Of a stretch of 64,000 nucleotides of DNA, positions 57,501-64,000 are shown one piece after another (the first letter of the stretch is position 1; every line of letters begins with the position of its first letter). The notes beneath the pieces were generated by a model. It saw only the letters and a program-made list of their open reading frames with translations. It searched no databases and had not been told where the DNA came from. The stretch comes from Anaerolineae bacterium (GTDB taxonomy: Bacteria; Chloroflexota; Anaerolineae; Aggregatilineales; J027), in assembly GCA_034437075.1 (NCBI GenBank), contig DAOTVD010000266.1, positions 11,097 through 75,096 on the forward strand, given 5' to 3'. A program made the position numbers and the translations under genes.

Positions 57501-58766
57501 GTGGATACCTCAATCCGCTGGGGGTGGTTGCTCGCGCCTCAAAAGCCCGCTATTATCGACGCTATGCCGCCCCATAAGAGGAATGCATGCGCCATGCCCG
57601 ATAATCGCATCAATAGTTTTGTTGCCACGCTGGATGAACTCCTGCGTTTTCTGAAAGCCTACGAAGACGATCTATTCTATTTTGACATCAACGCCGAACA
57701 ACCCCCGCCGGGCGCGCGGGTTTTTGACATCACGACCTTTTCGCCAGAGGATGCCCGGCGCGTTTTAGCCAACATCCATCCTGGGGATGACCTGCCGCGC
57801 CTGACACCCGCCGCCCAGGCTCTGATCGGCGCGCAACCGAAAGGCCAAGTCGCCTGCGGGTTAAACATCCAACCGCGCGATAACCAGGGCTGGCCGAGCA
57901 TTCCGGCAGATTTTCGCCAAGTGGGCTGGGTGCGCTTCCCGTTCATGAGTTCTATCGCGCGCTTTCCCTCTCTGCAAGATGCCTTCGCGTTTTACGACCC
58001 CGTCATCGAAGCCTACAGCCAACTGGGCTCAAAGATTTTGTTGGTGCTAACCCACGAAGCCTATGGCGAGGGCGTGTTCAACTGGGGCGAGATGAATAGC
58101 CAGCGCTGGCGTGAATACACCGCCGCGTATGCCGATGTCGCGACGCAGATTTTCAAACGCTACGCGGGCAAAATCGCGGCCTATGAAATCTGGAATGAAG
58201 GCGATGTTGACCCAGGCAACCCGGCAGCCGTGGCCTTTCCGCCCGCCGATTATGCCAATTTTCTGGCGACACACGCGCGGCTCGTGCGCACCCACGCCCC
58301 CGGCGCCCAAGTCGTGATGCAAGGGCTTGTCCACAGCACATCCCGCAGCCTGGATTACATGCGCCAGACACTGGCCGCGCTGGATGGGCGCTTGCCCGTA
58401 GATGCCATCGCGCTGCATCCGTATGGCAAAGGCGCGCCGGATGATAACACGCCGTTTTCACGCTTTGGCGACATCGGCGCCGACCTGGACGCCTTTCGGC
58501 GTTTAGTGCCGGGTCAACCTATCTGGCTGACGGAAGTGGGCGCGACAGGCGCGAGTGCACCCCAGCATAAACCCCTGGCCGCGCGCTATCTGAGCAACTT
58601 ATACACCTACCTGGCCCGCGCGTATGCCGACATCGCGCCCGTGGTGATCTGGTATGCGTGGTCGGATGCCATGCATGTAGAGGCCCAAACCAATGGCTTA
58701 GTCGGCTTGGATGGCCAACCCAACCCGGCGATTTACGAGGCCTTCTTTGAGGTCGCTTGCAGTTGA
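57501..58766 (+). CDS. Clan GH-A (TIM-barrel) glycoside hydrolase-like protein
   Basis: YEIWNEGD (acid/base NE motif) and IWLTEVG (nucleophile Glu). The start codon is uncertain: GTG 57501 or later ATGs. Confidence 0.6.
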   Translation: MDTSIRWGWLLAPQKPAIIDAMPPHKRNACAMPDNRINSFVATLDELLRFLKAYEDDLFYFDINAEQPPPGARVFDITTFSPEDARRVLANIHPGDDLPRLTPAAQALIGAQPKGQVACGLNIQPRDNQGWPSIPADFRQVGWVRFPFMSSIARFPSLQDAFAFYDPVIEAYSQLGSKILLVLTHEAYGEGVFNWGEMNSQRWREYTAAYADVATQIFKRYAGKIAAYEIWNEGDVDPGNPAAVAFPPADYANFLATHARLVRTHAPGAQVVMQGLVHSTSRSLDYMRQTLAALDGRLPVDAIALHPYGKGAPDDNTPFSRFGDIGADLDAFRRLVPGQPIWLTEVGATGASAPQHKPLAARYLSNLYTYLARAYADIAPVVIWYAWSDAMHVEAQTNGLVGLDGQPNPAIYEAFFEVACS

Positions 58767-58839
58767 GTTGACTTGGCTATGCGGCAGGGGTATAATGCGT
58801 TCACACTGTTTCAACGCCTTGAGAAGGACTTGATCGGGA

Positions 58840-59733
58840 ATGCCACTCAAAGGGAACCTCAGCGTTTTCAGCACAACACAGCTCTTAAACTTGATCAACC
58901 TAGCAAAAAAAAGCGGCACGTTACGCATTTATGAAGGTGTCGAGACCGGGAAGCAACTTACTCTGGGCGATGGTGAAACAACAATCCCAGAGATGGAACC
59001 CGGCGAACAACGCGCTGAGGTGGTCTTCAAAGAGGGTAAGTTGCTGTATGCCACGATGCAAAACAAAAACAGCGACCTCACCAGTATTTTGCATAAAGCC
59101 GGGCGCTTGAACGATGAACAAGCGCGCATCATCCGCGAGCGCGGCAAAAATCATAGCGACAAAGCCCTGGCCCTGATGCTCATTAATGCCAATTATGTCT
59201 CCAAACAGCATATTATCCAGAGCATCAAAGCCCATACCGTGGATATTGTCTTCGATCTGATCAGTTGGAACCAGGAGCCTTTCATCTTTGATGAACAAGC
59301 ACCCGTCCCCAAAGATCGGATTATCGTTCCCATCAATCTGGAAAACGTGATTATCGAAGGCTCGCGCCGCATCCACGACCAAAAACGCTTAGAAGAAGAA
59401 CTCCCGAATCTGGATTTTGCCCTGAAATTCCGCGAAGGGGGCGATGTCTTCAAAGAAATTCAACTCTCGACGGCGGAATGGCGCGTGGTTGGCTTTGTGA
59501 ACCCGAAAAACTCGATCCGGCAGATTGCCAAAGCATGCAACATGACGGATACGGAAATCCGGCGGGTAGTGCACGCCTTGCGCGAAGCGGGCTTGGTGGA
59601 TTTGGTGAAACCGCCGAACACAGCCGTCGCGAGCCGGCAAACCGCCGGGATTGCCGCGCGGCGCAAAGAAGTATCTGGCGCCCCCAGCAAGGCTGTGGTT
59701 AACAAGCTCATTGATCGTATCAAACAAATTTAA
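58840..59733 (+). CDS. DUF4388-domain protein with a C-terminal CvnC/DUF742-like winged helix
   Basis: The N-terminus MPLKGNLSVFSTTQLLNLINLAKKSGTLRI fits DUF4388. The C-terminus LSTAEWRVVGFVNPKNSIRQIAKACNMTDTEIRRVVHALREAGLVDLV looks like a wHTH. Confidence 0.65.
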   Translation: MPLKGNLSVFSTTQLLNLINLAKKSGTLRIYEGVETGKQLTLGDGETTIPEMEPGEQRAEVVFKEGKLLYATMQNKNSDLTSILHKAGRLNDEQARIIRERGKNHSDKALALMLINANYVSKQHIIQSIKAHTVDIVFDLISWNQEPFIFDEQAPVPKDRIIVPINLENVIIEGSRRIHDQKRLEEELPNLDFALKFREGGDVFKEIQLSTAEWRVVGFVNPKNSIRQIAKACNMTDTEIRRVVHALREAGLVDLVKPPNTAVASRQTAGIAARRKEVSGAPSKAVVNKLIDRIKQI

Positions 59734-59782
59734 GCAGTTATCTTAGCCATTATCTCAGATATAGTAGCGAGGCAGCGTGCCC

Positions 59783-60325
59783 ATGCAGACTCAGACTGTA
59801 AAGATGGTCATAACCGGCCCGTTCAGTGCAGGCAAGACCCAATTCATTCAATCCGTCAGCGAGATCGATGTCGTGACGACAGACCGCAAAGTGTCTGAAG
59901 AATCGCCCGAATCGCAAGAAAAGCCCGAAACCACCGTCGCGATGGACTTTGGGCGTATTACAGTGGATGATGACTTGGTGCTCTACCTGTTCGGGACGCC
60001 CGGCCAGCGCCGGTTCGATTTCATGTGGGAAATCTTGGCCGAAGGGATGCTCGGGTTTGTGGTGATGGTGGACAGTGCCAAGCCCGAAACCTTCCGCGAG
60101 GCCAAAAGTATTCTGGAAACCTTCCGCGCGTATGCCCCCACGCCCTATGTGGTGGCCGCGAACAAACAAGACCACCCGGATGCCTGGGCCCCTGACGACT
60201 TGCGCATCGCGCTACGCATTGAAGAGCACGTCAAGCTACTGCCGTGCGTGGCCAAAGACAAAGAAAGCGTGAAGCAAGTCTTGCTCGAACTGCTGTACTC
60301 CATCCTGGAAGAGATGGAAACCTAA
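59783..60325 (+). CDS. Small Ras-like GTPase, CvnD (conservon) type
   Basis: G1 GPFSAGKT, TTVAMDFGRI, G3 LFGTPGQRRFDFMW, G4 NKQD. Confidence 0.8.
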   Translation: MQTQTVKMVITGPFSAGKTQFIQSVSEIDVVTTDRKVSEESPESQEKPETTVAMDFGRITVDDDLVLYLFGTPGQRRFDFMWEILAEGMLGFVVMVDSAKPETFREAKSILETFRAYAPTPYVVAANKQDHPDAWAPDDLRIALRIEEHVKLLPCVAKDKESVKQVLLELLYSILEEMET

Positions 60326-60407
60326 GCAGACCAGTATGGGCCTGCGCATGGTATATATCACACGGTGGTTGCAAGTGAGCGCTTGCAACTTTTTGGGTGC
60401 CTAAAGC

Positions 60408-61226
60408 ATGCCACTTCTAACCACTGACCCGCCTAGCCGGGGGATTATTCATTATGAAGTGTACGGCAAAGGCCGCCCTGTGCTTTTTCTGCATGGCTGG
60501 CTTGGCTCGTGGCAACTCTGGCGCGAGACCATCGCGCGCGTAGGCGAGCGCTACCGCACCTATTCGCTCGATTTCTGGGGCTTTGGCGAAAGCAAAGGCT
60601 TTGGCCCGCAGAATGAAGCCGTGCAAGAATTCACCGTCAGCGCCTTTGTGGATATGGTCGGGCAATTTATGAATAAGCTCGGCATCCCCAAAGCCGCCGT
60701 CATCGGTCACAGCATGGGCGGCACTGTCGCGATGAGTTCGGCCATTCGCTACCCCGAACGGGTTGTAAAAACCTGCGCCATCGGCTCGCCGATCAACGGC
60801 GAGACGCTCTATTGGGCGCTCAAAATCGGCGGTAATCCCTTTATGGCCTCCCTCGGTTTTCTCGTGCCGCCTGCCTTGCGCTTCATCATTGGCTCGTATG
60901 TGTATATGGCGGCCAATGATGGGCAGGTCGTGCGCACCATGGTTTTGGATGATCTCTCACGAACGACCATGCAATCCTTTTTTGAGAGCATCAACACGTT
61001 GCGCCGTACCGATCTGACAAGCGAACTCGCCCAAGTCCAACAACCATTGCTAGGCATTTACGGCAAAAAAGACATCATTGTGAGCCCTAAAAATCATAAA
61101 ATAATGCAAAACCTGGTGCCCCATGCCGAGGTAAAATGGTATCCAAACTCTGGCCATTTCCCGATGATTGATGACCAGGAAAAGTTTATCGAAGATATTT
61201 TGGAATTTTTGGATAGCCGCGCTTGA
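60408..61226 (+). CDS. Alpha/beta hydrolase
   Basis: LFLHGWLGS and the GHSMGG nucleophile elbow. C-terminal NSGHFPMID. Confidence 0.85.
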   Translation: MPLLTTDPPSRGIIHYEVYGKGRPVLFLHGWLGSWQLWRETIARVGERYRTYSLDFWGFGESKGFGPQNEAVQEFTVSAFVDMVGQFMNKLGIPKAAVIGHSMGGTVAMSSAIRYPERVVKTCAIGSPINGETLYWALKIGGNPFMASLGFLVPPALRFIIGSYVYMAANDGQVVRTMVLDDLSRTTMQSFFESINTLRRTDLTSELAQVQQPLLGIYGKKDIIVSPKNHKIMQNLVPHAEVKWYPNSGHFPMIDDQEKFIEDILEFLDSRA

Positions 61227-61259
61227 AACACCCCCTAGGCGGCGCCAGGAGAAACCACC

Positions 61260-62663
61260 ATGCGCAAATTCGTGATTAACGACCGCCTATTGATCCTCCC
61301 CTTTAATGAACCGGCCAGTGAACTTACGATCATCCAGAACAGCGAGCGCCCCGCCCAACTGGGCATCCATTTGGATGAAGTCGTTAATAGTGTGATCGGC
61401 CAAACATCGCTTGAAATGCCTCTGTCCAATATCCGCGACCTAGAAGCCGAGCTAGCCCGCCCGCGCTACGGGTTGGATGCCAATGACGAGATCGTTGTGT
61501 ATCGCGATAATCTGTATTTTGACCGCGAGTTTTTCGATTATTTCATGCAAAAAGCGCGCGGCCTGGGCCAGCCTTGCCAGGCGGTGCTCCCGGCGGAGGA
61601 TCGGGCCTGGCTGCGCTATAGCATCCCGCTCTCTAGCTTGGTGAAAGAAAGCGATAATGAGGGCGAATATTACGCCATCGAACTGTACTACTTCCCTAAA
61701 GGCTGGGCCGACCCCACGGGTCTGCATCGCGTGCGGGTGCCGTCGGATGCTGCCGAAGTGGGGTACTATAACGTACCCGACAGCATGACCAATTATAAGC
61801 TGGAAGAATACGAAGGCCGCACCGAACTGCGCCGCGAACAAGACCTAACGCATTACCTGACCCTGCGCACCTGCGTTCCGATTCAAAGCTGGGTGCATAT
61901 CTACAACGCCAGCATTCCGCTGGGGGTCTTTTCGCGGGGGCATCGCTTCGAGCAAATGCTGGCCAACCATACCTTGCCGCTGCTGCGGGTGTTGTTCCGC
62001 GCGATGTTAGAGCAAGCCCAGATCGTGCAGTGTTCCGAACTGGTGAAAGTCGGCAGGAACTGCGACATCGACCCGTCAGCGGTCATCCAAGGGCCGACGA
62101 CCATCGGCGATAATTGCAAAATCGGCGCGGGGGTCGTCATCGACAACTGTGTGATTGGCGACAATGTCACGATTGCCAACAACTGTCATCTGATGCTGAG
62201 CGTCGTGGGGCATAATTGCTTTTTGCCTTTCCGCGCGGCGCTGTTCATGACCATCATCATGGAGAATACCATCATTGCGCAGAATACCTGCTTGCAGATG
62301 TGTGTGGTAGGGCGCAATAGCTTCTTGGGCGCGGGGACGACCTTCACGGACTTTAACCTGTTGCCCGCGCCCTTGAAGGCCATCGACGCTTATGGTGAGC
62401 TCTCCGAAGTGGGGCAACCGGTGCTGGGCGGCTGTGTGGGGCATAATGTGCGCGTTGGGGCGGGGATGGTGGTGATGCCCGCGCGCATGATCGAATCGGA
62501 TGTTATCCTGGTGGCCGACCCCGAACGGCGTATCATCGGCAAATCGGTTTCCTATGAAATGAGCGATCATCTAACATTGCCCGAACGCATCGCCCAACTG
62601 CACCGGCGTTTATATCCGCGTCGTGTGACGATGGACGAAGAACAAGTCCTGGAAGAATGGTAA
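61260..62663 (+). CDS. Hexapeptide-repeat (left-handed beta-helix) protein with an uncharacterised N-terminal domain
   Basis: The C-terminal half has imperfect hexapeptide repeats (IGDNCKIGAGVVIDNCVIGDNVTIANNCHL...VGRNSFLGAGT...VGHNVRVGAGMVV). The roughly 270-aa N-terminal region has no motif I recognise. Confidence 0.65.
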   Translation: MRKFVINDRLLILPFNEPASELTIIQNSERPAQLGIHLDEVVNSVIGQTSLEMPLSNIRDLEAELARPRYGLDANDEIVVYRDNLYFDREFFDYFMQKARGLGQPCQAVLPAEDRAWLRYSIPLSSLVKESDNEGEYYAIELYYFPKGWADPTGLHRVRVPSDAAEVGYYNVPDSMTNYKLEEYEGRTELRREQDLTHYLTLRTCVPIQSWVHIYNASIPLGVFSRGHRFEQMLANHTLPLLRVLFRAMLEQAQIVQCSELVKVGRNCDIDPSAVIQGPTTIGDNCKIGAGVVIDNCVIGDNVTIANNCHLMLSVVGHNCFLPFRAALFMTIIMENTIIAQNTCLQMCVVGRNSFLGAGTTFTDFNLLPAPLKAIDAYGELSEVGQPVLGGCVGHNVRVGAGMVVMPARMIESDVILVADPERRIIGKSVSYEMSDHLTLPERIAQLHRRLYPRRVTMDEEQVLEEW

Positions 62664-62670
62664 CACACCT

Positions 62671-63783
62671 ATGGCCGCTCCGCCGTTTGCCTTCATCATT
62701 CATCCCATAGACATCAAGCGCCATGTGGCGTTGAAATACCCCTTGCTGGGGCGCATTCTGAGCGAGCGACAAATCAACTTTTTCTCGCGTTTCTGGCCGC
62801 CCGTGTACGTCAGCGCCATTCACGGCATCACCTCTGCCGCAACCGCTACCCAACTCAAGGGTTGGTTTATCGCCGCGCCGTATACCCCGCCGACGATGCT
62901 GCGCTTGCCGCCCAATGAAGTCTATAACAAGCTGGTGGCCTGTGGTCATATGGCTGAACGGCTGGGCGCGCAGATAATGGGGTTGGGCGCTTTTACATCG
63001 GTGGTGGGGGATGCGGGCGCCACGGTAGCCCAACGGCTGGACATCCCCGTGACCACGGGCGATAGCTACACCGTATATGTCGCGGTCGAGGCTGTGCGCC
63101 AAGCTGCGCAAGAAATGGGCTTCGCCCTGGCAGGCGCGCGCGTGGCAGTGGTGGGTGCTACTGGGGCCATTGGCGCGGCGGCTTCCCAGATTTTGGCACG
63201 CGAAGCGCAAGAATTGATTCTCATCGGGCGTCGCTCTGAAGCTGTAGCCGCAACCCGCGAGGCGTGCGAGGGGCTCGGCGCACGGGTGCGGGGCAGCACG
63301 GCCATTACGGATATTTACCCGGCAGATGTCATCATCTCCGCAAGTAGCGCGGTAGGGCCGCTCATCGAGCCGGAGCATCTGAAGCCGGGCGCGGTGGTGC
63401 TGGATGTCGCGCTACCGGCGGATGTCAGCCGCCGGGTATGGCAAGAGCGCGACGATGTGCTGGTCGTGGAAGGCGGCATGGTGGAAGTACCCGGCGCGGT
63501 CGATTTCGGGATCAATTTTGGGCTGCCCCCCGGCAAAGCCTATGCTTGCATGGCCGAGACCATGGCCCTGGCGCTGGAACATCGCCTGGAAGATTACACG
63601 ATTGGGCGCGACCTGAACCCCGAGCGGATTCTGGAAATAGGTGAGATTGCGACGCGGCATGGCTTTTTCCTGAGCGGCTTACGCAATAATAACGCCACCC
63701 TAACCGATGAACAAATCGCGCGCGTCCGCGACCGTGCGTACCATAACCGCGCCCAGTGGCGCCCCGCCACCGACACATCCTAA
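62671..63783 (+). CDS. Acyl-ACP reductase (cyanobacterial AAR)-like NAD(P)-dependent reductase
   Basis: Collinear motif matches to my recollection of Synechococcus AAR: FAFIIHP / FGLIGH, GLGAFTSVV / ALGGFTSI, TTGDSYTVYV / TTGNTHTAYV, ARVAVVGATGAIGAA / ATVAVVGATGDIGSA, YACMAETMALALE / FACFAEAMLLEFE (catalytic Cys position), ATRHGF / SVRHGF. Confidence 0.7.
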   Translation: MAAPPFAFIIHPIDIKRHVALKYPLLGRILSERQINFFSRFWPPVYVSAIHGITSAATATQLKGWFIAAPYTPPTMLRLPPNEVYNKLVACGHMAERLGAQIMGLGAFTSVVGDAGATVAQRLDIPVTTGDSYTVYVAVEAVRQAAQEMGFALAGARVAVVGATGAIGAAASQILAREAQELILIGRRSEAVAATREACEGLGARVRGSTAITDIYPADVIISASSAVGPLIEPEHLKPGAVVLDVALPADVSRRVWQERDDVLVVEGGMVEVPGAVDFGINFGLPPGKAYACMAETMALALEHRLEDYTIGRDLNPERILEIGEIATRHGFFLSGLRNNNATLTDEQIARVRDRAYHNRAQWRPATDTS

Positions 63784-64000
63784 ACCCTGCGCTAGCCGCT
63801 TTGTAAAAGAAAACGGTTTGAATTTCGTTGAAGACTCGCTTGGTCTTGCGGCGGGACTCAGGTATCATTGATATGATAGGGCTATGGAGTAGATAGTATC
63901 CCATCGTAACCATCGGGTATGCGCCGTTCCTAAAGCGTCAGCGGGTGCGCACGTCGCACATCACCCGCCCTCGCGAGATAAAACGGCCACCAAGCAAAGC

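Overview
The window looks like a high-GC bacterial chromosome segment. Gene content and the Thermus-like IleRS suggest a Chloroflexota-type organism, but that is inference only. I support about 50 protein genes, 2 tRNAs, one cis-regulatory RNA, one candidate sRNA and several repeat or mobile elements.

Main blocks:
- An AT-richer island with a P-type ATPase and a phosphatidylcholine-synthase-like gene.
- A membrane-anchored UrtA/AmiC-like binding protein, followed by a hybrid histidine kinase and a REC-kinase.
- A transposase remnant next to rpmF-fabD.
- A B12-radical-SAM gene.
- A tightly packed seven-gene operon ending in ileS-lspA.
- MacB/FtsX-type and PadR-controlled ABC-2 transporters.
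- A Suv3-like helicase, rtcB, a Ser/Thr kinase and ugd.
- A terminal cluster: DUF4388-wHTH, CvnD-like GTPase, hydrolase, beta-helix protein and an acyl-ACP-reductase-like enzyme.

Strongest sequence-level observations:
1. A textbook transcriptional T-box leader with an AUC (Ile) specifier lies 3.3 kb upstream of ileS, not directly before it. A GNAT and four membrane-anchored unknowns sit in between.
2. A ~181-bp MITE-like family has four copies plus a solo end, GGCTTTTCC termini and TTA flanks. One copy sits exactly in the shared TTAA stop of two convergent genes.
3. An orphan promoter, structured region and intrinsic terminator lie on the strand opposite to both neighbouring genes. This is a candidate sRNA.
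4. A cyanobacterial-AAR-like reductase retains the catalytic-Cys motif in a non-cyanobacterial context.

No CRISPR array, rRNA or intact IS was seen. All family calls rest on motifs I recognise by eye. No database search or covariance-model scan was run.
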